The notes under the pieces are model-generated. The model did not search any database. It worked only from the letters and a program-made list of their open reading frames with translations, and was not told where the DNA came from. Below, piece after piece: positions 1 to 9,037 of a DNA stretch of 64,000 nucleotides. The position numbers and the translations under genes are program-made. Source of the stretch: a virus. Lineage: Duplodnaviria > Caudoviricetes. Location: the IMG/VR virus record IMGVR_UViG_3300032226_000829; one strand, written 5' to 3'. Positions within the stretch are counted from its first letter, which is position 1. Every line of letters starts with the position of its first letter.

Positions 1-3
1 GGC

Positions 4-609
4 ATGAGCAGATTCAATCAACCCGAAAATGGTTGGATCAATAGAGTGTGGGAAACTGAACACTGTCGTCGTTGTCACATAGACGTGGTGGATGCTAGAC
101 AAAGCAAAGGTCTTTGGATGATGCATGTGTGTGTATTTCCACATTTGCACAACAATGGTCCTATCTATGGATTCGATGTGATTGCCGGAGAACACAAAAT
201 GACCGGCGCATTTCATGACTTTTCACGCAGCTCAGGTGGTGATCAACATCCACTGATAGAATGGTATCACCAAGCAGTGGCAGAGTTCATTCCTTCTAAA
301 AGAAGAAAACTACCAGAGTGGGCACTGAATATATTTTCAGGTAGCATGATTGCCGCAGGCAATGTGCAAACAGACGAAGAAGCCAACACCATTGTGAATC
401 TTGCAGTGAACAACCTACAAGTGTATTTTGACAGCATAGGACAATATGCTCACACTGCCAAGGAAGCAGATACCATTGAGGCACAAAACTATTATTGTCA
501 TAATCAGCAACAGAATCCACACACACCTAGAGTGATGAAAAGTTTAGGTTTGGCAGAAGCAGACGTAGAATTATTTTGCACAGACGCACTATTTCCAAAA
601 ATAAAATAA
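4..609 (+). CDS. pcyX: Ferredoxin-dependent bilin reductase, PcyX/PcyA family (probably 5'-truncated by the window edge)
   Basis: HIDVVDAR...WMMHVCVFP...GFDVIAG...TGAFHDFS and C-terminal QQQNPHTPRVMKSLG. Asp-x13-His-x16-Asp spacing, with Asp where PcyA has Glu, fits PcyX. Confidence 0.85.
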   Translation: MSRFNQPENGWINRVWETEHCRRCHIDVVDARQSKGLWMMHVCVFPHLHNNGPIYGFDVIAGEHKMTGAFHDFSRSSGGDQHPLIEWYHQAVAEFIPSKRRKLPEWALNIFSGSMIAAGNVQTDEEANTIVNLAVNNLQVYFDSIGQYAHTAKEADTIEAQNYYCHNQQQNPHTPRVMKSLGLAEADVELFCTDALFPKIK

Positions 610-617
610 TCCACAGC

Positions 618-646
618 AAAAAGTCGCATAAACTGTGGCTTTTTTT
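618..646 (+). terminator. Probable intrinsic terminator
   Basis: AAAAAGTCGCA-TAAAC-TGTGGCTTTTTTT hairpin (with G-U pairs) and U-tract after the pcyX stop. Confidence 0.55.
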
Positions 647-659
647 GGCCCTACACTGT

Positions 660-688
660 TTGACTTGTGCGAGCAATCCTGTTATATT
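660..688 (+). promoter_or_regulatory. Sigma70-type promoter
   Basis: TTGACT-N17-TATATT. Confidence 0.6.
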
Positions 689-736
689 ATAATGATGCAC
701 ACTACTTACAATCTTGTGATTAAAAAAACTCAAGCC

Positions 737-880
737 ATGTATGAAAAGTCTTTAGAATTAAACCGATTGATCAATGAAACACCTTGCACAGTGTCCGAAG
801 AAGAGTTAAGATTTTTAATCAATGATATTCAAACATTGGCCAGAGAAATTGCCAACACTTACGATTTGATACCACAATGA
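737..880 (+). CDS. Small hypothetical protein
   Basis: ATG at 737 downstream of the promoter; stop overlaps the next ATG. Confidence 0.55.
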   Translation: MYEKSLELNRLINETPCTVSEEELRFLINDIQTLAREIANTYDLIPQ

Positions 881-1359
881 TTATTTCTATCACAGGCGGC
901 AGTGCCAAACTCAAAGACCTAGCAGAAAGTATCACAAGATATTCAGCTGAATTGTTGTTGAACAAAAAATTAATAGAAAAATTAATAGTGGATATAGAAT
1001 TCAGTAGAACACTGCTCAAAGAAGATGGCATGTTGGCTGAAATAGACTTTGATGACAGAACAAATAAACCTAGAGAATTTACTATCACTGTGGACAGCAC
1101 AGTGCCACAGAGACGCATTATGGAATCCATTGCTCATGAAATGGTACATTTAAAACAGTATGCAGTGGGAGAAATGAGCGACACTGACCATTCCAACATT
1201 GTGCAATGGAAAAAGAAACATATAGATCTAACCAAGTGGCAATATTGGGATCGCCCATGGGAGATTGAAGCACATGGCAAAGAATTAGGACTGTTTATTA
1301 GATGGGCTGAACACAATGATTTGAGCAAAGAGTCTTGGACCCAGGAGCAATATGTCTAA
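877..1359 (+). CDS. Putative zincin-like metalloprotein (HEXXH)
   Basis: SIAHEMVHLKQY, with downstream PWEIEA supplying a possible third ligand. Confidence 0.7.
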   Translation: MIISITGGSAKLKDLAESITRYSAELLLNKKLIEKLIVDIEFSRTLLKEDGMLAEIDFDDRTNKPREFTITVDSTVPQRRIMESIAHEMVHLKQYAVGEMSDTDHSNIVQWKKKHIDLTKWQYWDRPWEIEAHGKELGLFIRWAEHNDLSKESWTQEQYV

Positions 1360-1459
1360 AACACAGAATAAAACTCCCAGTTTAATCAAGTTTTTTTACA
1401 CAGTTTTAACAATAATGCTGGTGTTGATGATGTTTTGTTTGTGGGGAATACTTAAATAA
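1352..1459 (+). CDS. 35-aa single-TM membrane protein (not in ORF track)
   Basis: AGGAG RBS; MSKTQNKTPSLIKFFYTVLTIMLVLMMFCLWGILK. Confidence 0.5.
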   Translation: MSKTQNKTPSLIKFFYTVLTIMLVLMMFCLWGILK

Positions 1460-1483
1460 TGCTGAAACGTTTGGTGTGTTATT

Positions 1484-1945
1484 ATGAAAAAAAAGAGTTC
1501 ATTTGCTCATGTTAATAGAATTAAAAATGCATTGCATCGCCATAGCCACATTAAAGATTTTAGACCCACTCAAAGCCAAACTAAGATTTGGTTCAATATA
1601 ATCAATAAAGAAATATTTGAATCTCAATTAAAAAGACCCAAGATCACTGTGAGTCAAAAGAAACTTTTATTTGGGCAGTGTGTGGCCAACTGGGACGCTA
1701 GAGTATTGGGACGCAAGGGCGAATGGGATCAAAAGAAAATTCCCTATCATAACCCCACCATAAAATACTTGATTGAAATGCATCACAAATTTGACACTTG
1801 GAGAGACTATATTGAAACACTGGCACATGAAATGATTCATTTATATCAAATGACAGTGGAAGAAGATTCTACTGCCAATCACAATGACAGCTTCTATGCT
1901 TGGAAGAATCGTTTCAAAAAATTTGGATTAAATTTAAGTAGATAA
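1484..1945 (+). CDS. SprT-like metalloprotease domain protein
   Basis: TLAHEMIHLYQ...NHNDSF (HEXXH plus distal His, SprT pattern). Confidence 0.7.
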   Translation: MKKKSSFAHVNRIKNALHRHSHIKDFRPTQSQTKIWFNIINKEIFESQLKRPKITVSQKKLLFGQCVANWDARVLGRKGEWDQKKIPYHNPTIKYLIEMHHKFDTWRDYIETLAHEMIHLYQMTVEEDSTANHNDSFYAWKNRFKKFGLNLSR

Positions 1946-1951
1946 TAAACC

Positions 1952-2131
1952 TTATTTATCAAGATTTGGATTAGTCAGGTGTTCTAGGGTGATTATTTCA
2001 TCTTTTGGTAAAACTTCTGACTCTGATGCGTTCTTCGCAAAAGATTTGCTTTTTGCCCAAGATTTATAAGACATTTCCTTGTCCGCTTTGGCTTCTATTC
2101 TTCTGATCTGTCTTAAACTCTTTTTGGACAT
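1952..2131 (-). CDS. 59-aa basic hypothetical protein (not in ORF track)
   Basis: MSKKSLRQIRRIEAKADKEMSYKSWAKSK...; late-like ATAAGTA 4 nt upstream on the minus strand; fills an otherwise empty gap. Confidence 0.6.
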   Translation of the reverse strand: MSKKSLRQIRRIEAKADKEMSYKSWAKSKSFAKNASESEVLPKDEIITLEHLTNPNLDK

Positions 2132-2149
2132 ACAATACTTATCTTAAGG

Positions 2150-2178
2150 TTGACTTAGGCACCAAATAGTGCTATATT
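2150..2178 (+). promoter_or_regulatory. Sigma70-type promoter of rpsU
   Basis: TTGACT-N17-TATATT. Confidence 0.6.
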
Positions 2179-2211
2179 TTAGTATATTTAACACAAACTA
2201 GAAAACATCGA

Positions 2212-2409
2212 ATGAAAGTTGAAGTAAGAAACAACAATGTGGAGAAAGCTCTGCGTATTCTCAAGAAGAAGCAGAAACGTGATGGTTTTTTCCAACTGCT
2301 CAAGGACAAAGAATTTTATTCCAAGCCCAGTGAGCGAAAACGTGAAGAACGCAAGAAGAATATTGCCAATTGGAGACGGGCTAAGAAACTTAGAGACCAG
2401 CTTAGATAA
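2212..2409 (+). CDS. rpsU: Ribosomal protein bS21
   Basis: VEVRNNNVEKALRILKKK...EFYSKPSERKREE, 65 aa, very basic. Confidence 0.92.
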   Translation: MKVEVRNNNVEKALRILKKKQKRDGFFQLLKDKEFYSKPSERKREERKKNIANWRRAKKLRDQLR

Positions 2410-2411
2410 AA

Positions 2412-2606
2412 ATGAAATGGTTGATGTACAAGGTGCCAGAGCATCTGGTGGTGCATTATGGCATCATGCTGATGATCATCACTGTGTTCATGCCTATGTA
2501 CATTTTGGATAGACCATTGGATAGCATTCATTATTTTAATAATTTTATAATTTTTGATGTTATCTACTATATTTTTTATGAAAAATTAAACTTTACAAAC
2601 GATTAG
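2412..2606 (+). CDS. Small membrane protein
   Basis: Two hydrophobic stretches; coupled to rpsU. Confidence 0.55.
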   Translation: MKWLMYKVPEHLVVHYGIMLMIITVFMPMYILDRPLDSIHYFNNFIIFDVIYYIFYEKLNFTND

Positions 2607-2620
2607 AAAGATAGTATAAT
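2592..2620 (+). promoter_or_regulatory. Sigma70-type promoter
   Basis: TTTACA-N17-TATAAT, ATG 6 nt after the -10 box. Confidence 0.65.
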
Positions 2621-2626
2621 ACAAAC

Positions 2627-2839
2627 ATGAATCAAACAACTCATTTAGACAAAATTCCCGTGTACTGCTCAGACACAGACAAAACTGTGATGGCAGAAGT
2701 ATTAGAATTCAAACCTAGACAATTTTTAAACGTGGCCGTGGAGAGATCCATCAGGCTCACAATGAGGTATGATGCCAAACATGATCAATATGTGGGCAAC
2801 ATGGCCAATTTGGAATTCACAGCGAAAGGACCAAAATAA
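2627..2839 (+). CDS. Hypothetical protein
   Basis: 70-aa ORF abutting clpP. Confidence 0.65.
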   Translation: MNQTTHLDKIPVYCSDTDKTVMAEVLEFKPRQFLNVAVERSIRLTMRYDAKHDQYVGNMANLEFTAKGPK

Positions 2840-3430
2840 ATGCCAGCATTGGTTCCCATAGTGATTGAACAAGAAGCCAGAGGCGAACGTTCCTACGACA
2901 TTTACAGCCGACTGCTCAAAGATAGATTGGTGATGTTGGATACAGAAGTATCTCCAGTGTCTTCCAGTCTTATTGTGAGTCAACTGCTATTTTTAGAAAG
3001 CGAAAATACCAAACCCATACATTTTTATATCAACTCACCAGGAGGATTGGTTACAGCAGGCATGGCAATCTACGATACCATGCAATATATCAAATCTCCA
3101 GTGTACACCTATGTGATTGGTCAGGCTTGCTCTATGGGCAGTCTATTGTCACAATCAGGTGAAGCAGGTCACAGATACATGTTGAAACATGCCAGACACA
3201 TGATACATCAACCATCAGGTGGTACTCAAGGTCAGGCCACAGACATACAAATTCATGCTCAAGAGATCCTTAAACTTAAAAAGGAACTCACTCAGATCTA
3301 TGTTAATCACAATTCCAAAGGCAAAACCTTTGAGCAATTGAGTGCTGACATGGAACGAGATAAATTCATGAACGCCCAAGAATCCTTTGAGTATGGATTG
3401 ATAGATAAAATTCTATCTAAAAAAGACTAA
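2840..3430 (+). CDS. clpP: ATP-dependent Clp protease proteolytic subunit
   Basis: [24 protein letters not shown] (catalytic Ser), MIHQPSGG (His), MERDKFM (Asp). Confidence 0.97.
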   Translation: MPALVPIVIEQEARGERSYDIYSRLLKDRLVMLDTEVSPVSSSLIVSQLLFLESENTKPIHFYINSPGGLVTAGMAIYDTMQYIKSPVYTYVIGQACSMGSLLSQSGEAGHRYMLKHARHMIHQPSGGTQGQATDIQIHAQEILKLKKELTQIYVNHNSKGKTFEQLSADMERDKFMNAQESFEYGLIDKILSKKD

Positions 3431-3559
3431 AAAAACGGAGGACCAACTATGAAAAATACATTGACTAGAACCAAAAAATCTAGTAATATAATAACAAGAT
3501 TATTTAGAAACTTTGTTTCTGATAATGCAACAACAAGAAAAAAAGAAGGAGTACTCTCA

Positions 3560-3823
3560 ATGAGAAAAACTACAAGTATCCAAGATAGAGTGGAAGCTGC
3601 TTTAGAAGCTGGTCAAGCTCTTACAGCGTCAGCGATCAAAAATAGATTCGGTGCCGCAAATCCAGGTGCTGTAATTCAAAGCCTAAGATTCAAAGGCTTC
3701 CCAGTATTTTTAAACACAAATAAAAAAACTGGTGCAAAAGTTTACAGAACAGGAAAAGCCCCAAGAAAAGTAATCGGTGCTGGTTATCAGGCCATTGCTA
3801 GAGGTTTAGTACAAGTAGACTAA
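3560..3823 (+). CDS. Small winged-HTH-like DNA-binding protein (alternative longer start at 3449)
   Basis: ALEAGQALTASAIKNRFGAANPGAVIQSLRFKGFPVFLN; AGGAG RBS; sigma70 promoter TTGACT-N17-TAATAT at 3461-3489. Confidence 0.55.
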   Translation: MRKTTSIQDRVEAALEAGQALTASAIKNRFGAANPGAVIQSLRFKGFPVFLNTNKKTGAKVYRTGKAPRKVIGAGYQAIARGLVQVD

Positions 3824-3843
3824 TTTCTACTTCTGTTAGTTTT

Positions 3844-3876
3844 AAAAAGGGCGGCTCTTAGGGGTCGCCTTTTTTA
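3844..3876 (+). terminator. Intrinsic terminator
   Basis: AAAAAGGGCGGCTC-TTA-GGGGTCGCCTTTTTT GC-rich hairpin flanked by A- and T-tracts. Confidence 0.8.
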
Positions 3877-3946
3877 TTTTAAGACAATCCATTTTAAGTC
3901 ATTGATTTATATGACCTTTTAGATGGGTTTAAGGCACCAATATATT

Positions 3947-3975
3947 TTGACTTTTTGCTTCAAAGAAGTTAATAT
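3947..3975 (+). promoter_or_regulatory. Sigma70-type promoter
   Basis: TTGACT-N17-TAATAT upstream of the AAA ATPase. Confidence 0.6.
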
Positions 3976-4010
3976 ATACATATTAGGCAAACAAACTATA
4001 GGCAAAACAT

Positions 4011-5015
4011 ATGAAAAGGCAAATCTACGTTCTAGAAGGCAGTTACAGAAATAAAAAAATTGAAAATCAGGTATTTGAACTTGTGAAACCATATCATCCA
4101 TATCCACACAAAGAAGGTGGCTTTGTCACTGTTAAGGTGGAAGACATCAAAGAATTTCCAGGAGCCTCAGATAAAGAGATCAGAGTATCAGTGGATTCAG
4201 AATCCCAACTGAGAGACAACGCACCAGAAACTCCCAAAGAAGAATCAGATGAGCAAGTGGTGGAAAGATTAAGAAAAAGATTTGACATATTAACTGCCAT
4301 GACCAAGGCTTGTAAAAAAGGTGATGTGAGAGCAATGATTGTGTCAGGTCCTCCAGGAGTGGGCAAGTCATTTGGTGTGGAAGCTGTGCTACAAAAACAC
4401 GACATCCTAGCCACATTGGGAGAGAGTAAACCCAAGTATGAAGTGGTCAAAGGCGCTATGAGTGCTTTGGGCTTGTATTGTAAATTGTATCATTTCAAAG
4501 AAAAAGACAATGTATTGGTGTTTGACGATTGCGATAGTATATTGTTGGAAGACCTATCATTGAACATATTGAAGGCAGCATTAGATTCCAAAAGATCTAG
4601 AAGAATTTGTTGGAACACAGAAGCATACAGACTGAGAGAAGAAGGTGTGCCCAGCAGTTTTGAATTCAAAGGATCTGCTATATTCATTACCAATATTAAA
4701 TTTGATAATGTTAAGAGCAAAAAACTAAGAGATCATTTGGAGGCACTGGAGTCTAGAAGTCACTATATTGATCTCACAATAGATACTATCAGAGAAAAAA
4801 TATTGAGAATTAGACAGATTGTGACTGATGGCATGTTGAAAGAATATGAGTTGTCACCAGAAACTGAAAATCAGATAGTGGAGTTTGTGGTGGAACATCA
4901 ACGCAGACTGAGAGAGATCAGTCTTAGAACTGTGCTGAAGGTGGCAGATTTGGCCAAAGCATTTCCTGACACTTGGGCAGAAACTGCTGTGCATACCATA
5001 TTAAAACCTAGATAG
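4011..5015 (+). CDS. AAA+ family ATPase, function unknown
   Basis: Walker A GPPGVGKS, Walker B VLVFDDCD, sensor FITN, ALESR. Confidence 0.85.
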   Translation: MKRQIYVLEGSYRNKKIENQVFELVKPYHPYPHKEGGFVTVKVEDIKEFPGASDKEIRVSVDSESQLRDNAPETPKEESDEQVVERLRKRFDILTAMTKACKKGDVRAMIVSGPPGVGKSFGVEAVLQKHDILATLGESKPKYEVVKGAMSALGLYCKLYHFKEKDNVLVFDDCDSILLEDLSLNILKAALDSKRSRRICWNTEAYRLREEGVPSSFEFKGSAIFITNIKFDNVKSKKLRDHLEALESRSHYIDLTIDTIREKILRIRQIVTDGMLKEYELSPETENQIVEFVVEHQRRLREISLRTVLKVADLAKAFPDTWAETAVHTILKPR

Positions 5016-5022
5016 TAGTAAG

Positions 5023-6357
5023 ATGAGAACTCAACCACAAGAAGTAATTGCTAAATTGGAAGCAGACAACAGCAGATTGGCCAAGGAAGCCATTCTGTTG
5101 TCAGCCATGCAGGAAGGATTGGATGAGTTCTTTGAAGGTGTGCGTATGTGTTTGGACAAACTGTACACATTTGGTGTTAAGCAAGTGCCTGAAAAAGACA
5201 CTGTAATATCTGCTCAAGGATGCGAATGGAAGATATTTAAAAAATTAGCAGAACAATTACATCGTAGAGAGCTCACAGGTCATGCGGCTCGTGATGCCAT
5301 TAATCTTGTGATGGGCACAGCCACAGCAGAACAATGGAATGGTTTTTACAGAAGAATATTAATCAAAGACCTAAGATGTGGAGTGAGTGAAAAAACTGTA
5401 AACAGTGTGGCCACTAAGAACAAATTTAAGCAATATGAAGTGCCAGTGTTCACTTGCCAATTAGCACATGACAGCGCCAACCACGAAAAGAAGTTGGTGG
5501 GTAAGAAAATGTTGGAAGTTAAATTGGATGGTGTGAGAGTGATCACTATTGTGTATCCAGATGGCAAAGTGGACATGTTCAGCCGCAATGGCAAAGAGTT
5601 TACCAACTTTGGACACATAGCAGATCAGATATCACAAGTGGTTAAAAAATCACCTCCTCCCTATCCTGTGGTATTGGATGGTGAAGTGATGAGTGAAAAT
5701 TTTCAGGATTTAATGAAGCAGGTACACCGTAAAGAATCAGTGGGTGCTTTGGATGCTGTGTTGCACTTGTTTGATTTCTTACCATTGTCCGATTTTATGG
5801 AAGGTAGTTGGAATAAGAAACAAACAGATAGAACCATCATGCTGAAGGCTTGGTATGATCAACACAAGAGCGATTTAAACGCCGTTACAGTGTTGGCTCA
5901 TGAGATTGTGGACTTGGACACAGCAGAAGGACAAAAGACTTACACAGAGGTTAATAAGAGGGCAGTAGAAGGTGGATATGAAGGCATTATGATCAAGGAC
6001 TTGTCAGCAGGCTATGAATGCAAAAGAAGTCATGCTTGGTTAAAACTAAAACCATTTATTGAAGTGAGCCTCACAATAAAAGATGTGGAAGAAGGCACAG
6101 GTAAGAATGTGGGCAAATTGGGAGCCTTCATTGTGGAAGGCATGGATGATAACAAATTGATCAAAAGTAATGTAGGCTCAGGATTAACAGATGAAGATCG
6201 TGAGACTTTTTGGAAAGACAAAGATTCACTGATTGGACAAGTGATTGAAGTGAGAGCAGATGCTGTGACACAAAATCAAGATGCTGTGGATGAGTATTCC
6301 CTGCGTTTTCCAAGATTTATGAAGTTCAGAGGGTTTGACAAAGGAGAAAAACTGTGA
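5023..6357 (+). CDS. lig: ATP-dependent DNA ligase
   Basis: KLDGVR (adenylated Lys), LDGE, EGIMIK, WLKLK, VGSG, SLRFPRF. Confidence 0.96.
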   Translation: MRTQPQEVIAKLEADNSRLAKEAILLSAMQEGLDEFFEGVRMCLDKLYTFGVKQVPEKDTVISAQGCEWKIFKKLAEQLHRRELTGHAARDAINLVMGTATAEQWNGFYRRILIKDLRCGVSEKTVNSVATKNKFKQYEVPVFTCQLAHDSANHEKKLVGKKMLEVKLDGVRVITIVYPDGKVDMFSRNGKEFTNFGHIADQISQVVKKSPPPYPVVLDGEVMSENFQDLMKQVHRKESVGALDAVLHLFDFLPLSDFMEGSWNKKQTDRTIMLKAWYDQHKSDLNAVTVLAHEIVDLDTAEGQKTYTEVNKRAVEGGYEGIMIKDLSAGYECKRSHAWLKLKPFIEVSLTIKDVEEGTGKNVGKLGAFIVEGMDDNKLIKSNVGSGLTDEDRETFWKDKDSLIGQVIEVRADAVTQNQDAVDEYSLRFPRFMKFRGFDKGEKL

Positions 6358-6542
6358 GTGAACTGGAGATCATTAAAAAAGCAATGATGGAAAACAAGAA
6401 ACTGTTCTTGAGTGAGATGAAACAATTGAATGACAAGGTGGATGCTTTGAATACCAAATTAAGCAAACACATATCATTCATTGAACAGGTGTATGCTCCG
6501 TTGAGCAACAGCATAGATAAATTTAAAAAATTATTCAAATGA
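6354..6542 (+). CDS. Small coiled-coil protein
   Basis: GTG start overlapping the lig stop; heptad-like sequence. Confidence 0.55.
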   Translation: MSELEIIKKAMMENKKLFLSEMKQLNDKVDALNTKLSKHISFIEQVYAPLSNSIDKFKKLFK

Positions 6543-6826
6543 AAAATATATTCAAACACATATTACCAGAAATATTTGACGCAGACACTGCTTTTAATAG
6601 TTCATTGCCTAAGGTTACTAGATTTCAAATACTGATGGTGCTTGCCACCATGTGGGCTTTTATATTTGCATTGATTGTGGCAGAGTTTATTGCATTTGGA
6701 ATCACTGTGACCACCAGTGTGATTGCCCATGCTTTGGTGATAGGTGGCATAATCTTCACAAGAAAAAAATTAAATCAAAGAATTGACGGCTACAATGGTA
6801 GAGCACAGGGTGGAGAGCACGAATGA
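6539..6826 (+). CDS. Membrane protein (2 TM)
   Basis: Two long hydrophobic segments; ATGA overlaps. Confidence 0.6.
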   Translation: MKNIFKHILPEIFDADTAFNSSLPKVTRFQILMVLATMWAFIFALIVAEFIAFGITVTTSVIAHALVIGGIIFTRKKLNQRIDGYNGRAQGGEHE

Positions 6827-7038
6827 AAAAATACACAATAGAAATATCAGTGGGCGACACAGTGGAAGTGGGTAGATTCCGTAATGTGGTGGCTAAAATT
6901 ACAGATATACAAATGGACGATCATGGTCAACCAGTGATTTATACCAACAAAGGACCTAAAAAATTATTCAGTTGTAGATTGAGTAAATTAACACCAGGGT
7001 CTAAGACACCCAAGCAGATACTGCAGGAGAAACGATGA
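6823..7038 (+). CDS. Small KOW/SH3-like protein
   Basis: ISVGDTVEVGRF...AKITDI. Confidence 0.5.
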   Translation: MKKYTIEISVGDTVEVGRFRNVVAKITDIQMDDHGQPVIYTNKGPKKLFSCRLSKLTPGSKTPKQILQEKR

Positions 7039-7250
7039 ATACTGATATCACACTGCTGATGGGCATAGTATTATTGCTGATGTTGGGTGCTTTAATCGGT
7101 TGGTATCTGAGTGAAAGATGGTATTCCCAAAGACTTTTTATCATACTGGAAGAGTGCAAAAAATTAAATGCAGCCACCATCACACTGTGGCAAGACATAC
7201 TCAAACACAAAGAAAAAAATCTTCAAGATCAAGACAATTTACCTAAATAG
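7035..7250 (+). CDS. Small single-TM protein
   Basis: N-terminal hydrophobic helix. Confidence 0.55.
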   Translation: MNTDITLLMGIVLLLMLGALIGWYLSERWYSQRLFIILEECKKLNAATITLWQDILKHKEKNLQDQDNLPK

Positions 7251-7259
7251 GTTGATTTT

Positions 7260-8129
7260 ATGTTCAAATGGCTATATAGCTGTTATAGCATGAATGATAC
7301 CGCAGAAAAATATCGTCCCAGCATACAGGATAGAATCGCAGAGAGAGTGCGTGAAATAGTTGTGCCAGTGGAAGACTGGTTGGATCGATTGATTACCATG
7401 CCTGATAGATTTAATCCTGAAACATTCCAACTGATAGAACATTTCAAAAAAGAAAAAGTGGGTGGCGTGCATGCCCGTAAGATTATAGAAATGTACGAAA
7501 CTCAATACAAAGAATACAAGGATCTATTGGAACTGAGAAAAAAGAATTTAAAATTTAAAGAGATTGACGAAGAAGGAGAAGGTGATTCTGAAGAAAGACA
7601 ACTGTTGGAATCATACGAAGACGTCAGCAATGAAGTGATAGAAAAAGGTATCAAAGCTCATGATAACATATTCAAAGCCTGCGATTATATGATAGATATT
7701 GCCAATGCCAATCGTAAACCACGCAAGAAGAAACTCATCAGCAAAGAAAAAATGGTATCCAAATTACAATATTGTGTGGAAGACACCAAGTACAATTTAA
7801 AAAGCATTGATCCCAAAGATATTATCACAGCCGAACAGGTATGGGTGTTCAATACAAAAACTAGAAAATTAGGCATATATGTGGCCAGTGTGTTGGATCC
7901 TAGAGGACTCAACAGAGAGGGCACAGGATTGAGTGTGAAAGGTGCCAGCATACAAGGATTTAACCCAGAAAAAAGCATACAAAAGACCCTTAGAAAGCCT
8001 GAACTGCAACTGAATGAATTTATGAAGTGTGGCCCAGTTAAATCCAAGACCTTTTTCACAGAGATCAACAGCATGGAAATTGCCCTCTCAGGACGCATTA
8101 ATTCGGACACCGTATTATTAAAAGTTTAG
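7260..8129 (+). CDS. Hypothetical phage protein
   Basis: 289-aa ORF with normal codon usage. Confidence 0.75.
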   Translation: MFKWLYSCYSMNDTAEKYRPSIQDRIAERVREIVVPVEDWLDRLITMPDRFNPETFQLIEHFKKEKVGGVHARKIIEMYETQYKEYKDLLELRKKNLKFKEIDEEGEGDSEERQLLESYEDVSNEVIEKGIKAHDNIFKACDYMIDIANANRKPRKKKLISKEKMVSKLQYCVEDTKYNLKSIDPKDIITAEQVWVFNTKTRKLGIYVASVLDPRGLNREGTGLSVKGASIQGFNPEKSIQKTLRKPELQLNEFMKCGPVKSKTFFTEINSMEIALSGRINSDTVLLKV

Positions 8130-8130
8130 A

Positions 8131-8138
8131 TATAAATA
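8131..8138 (+). promoter_or_regulatory. T4-type late promoter
   Basis: Exact TATAAATA 7 nt before the ATG at 8146. The NTAAATA core recurs at 9498, 10723, 13450, 24416, 25138, 27687, 29056, 38541, 40855, 43282, 44011, 44233, 56744 (+) and 9492, 13422, 31935 (-). Confidence 0.75.
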
Positions 8139-8145
8139 GTAGTGT

Positions 8146-9036
8146 ATGTCAAAATCCATTGAACGCAATATAGCATCAGTTAATAAAGGAGCAGACGATT
8201 TTACCACTGGTTTAAAACAGTTGGCACAATCTGCAGCAGATGCCATCAACAACAAGCATATTCAAGAGAAACCCATTGAGTTCATGGGCACTGCTGACAA
8301 TGGTATCTACGGCAAAGGACTACAGTGGACCGGAGTTGGACAAACCAAATATCTAGTGCTGCAGGCCACTCCAGACAGAATTTGGAGCAACGTCAACATA
8401 GATTTAAAACCAGAGAATCATTACAGCATTGACAACACATCAGTATTGAGTGCCAATGAGTTGGGCAAAACCGTGACCAAGAGCAATCTACGTCAGGTGG
8501 GCACATTGAATAATCTGGTGGTGTCAGGCAATTTAAACGTGAGTCAATTTGTTATTTTTGATTCGGGCATGAACAGACTGGGCGTGGGCACAGAAACTCC
8601 AAATGCCACATTATCAGTGGCCAGCAACACTGTGGAATTTATTGTGCAACCAGGTGTGTCTGCAGCAGACATAGGCACTCATACCAACAGTGGTCTTAAT
8701 ATTAAAACTGACAACACAGATAGAATTTCAATCACAGCCAATGGCCATATCACTTTGGGATTGAAAGGCAACACTGAAACTAAAATTAATATGTACGGCA
8801 GAGTGGGTATTGGTGTTACCAGTGTGGAATCAGATGTGAGTCTCAGCACTTCAGGAGCAGTGAAATTCCAAAACAAAAAATTTGAAATTGGCAACAGTGA
8901 GCCTTTGGCAGGATCTTACACTCAGGGTGATGTGGTATGGAACAGTGCACCAACTCCAGGCAACGTAATAGGTTGGGTGTGTGTGTTGACCGGCACTCCA
9001 GGACAGTGGAAATCATTCGGCGCAATAGCCAATTAA
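8146..9036 (+). CDS. Probable virion structural/fibre-related protein
   Basis: Late promoter; beta-rich RLGVGTETP / RVGIGVT repeats; C-terminal GDVVWNSAPTPGNVIGWVC seen in tailspike-type proteins. Confidence 0.6.
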   Translation: MSKSIERNIASVNKGADDFTTGLKQLAQSAADAINNKHIQEKPIEFMGTADNGIYGKGLQWTGVGQTKYLVLQATPDRIWSNVNIDLKPENHYSIDNTSVLSANELGKTVTKSNLRQVGTLNNLVVSGNLNVSQFVIFDSGMNRLGVGTETPNATLSVASNTVEFIVQPGVSAADIGTHTNSGLNIKTDNTDRISITANGHITLGLKGNTETKINMYGRVGIGVTSVESDVSLSTSGAVKFQNKKFEIGNSEPLAGSYTQGDVVWNSAPTPGNVIGWVCVLTGTPGQWKSFGAIAN

Positions 9037-9037
9037 T

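Noticed and set aside
3449-3559. N-terminal extension of the HTH-like ORF
   Set aside because: It contains a consensus sigma70 promoter and a second RBS, so 3560 is preferred, although 3449 also has a GGAGG.
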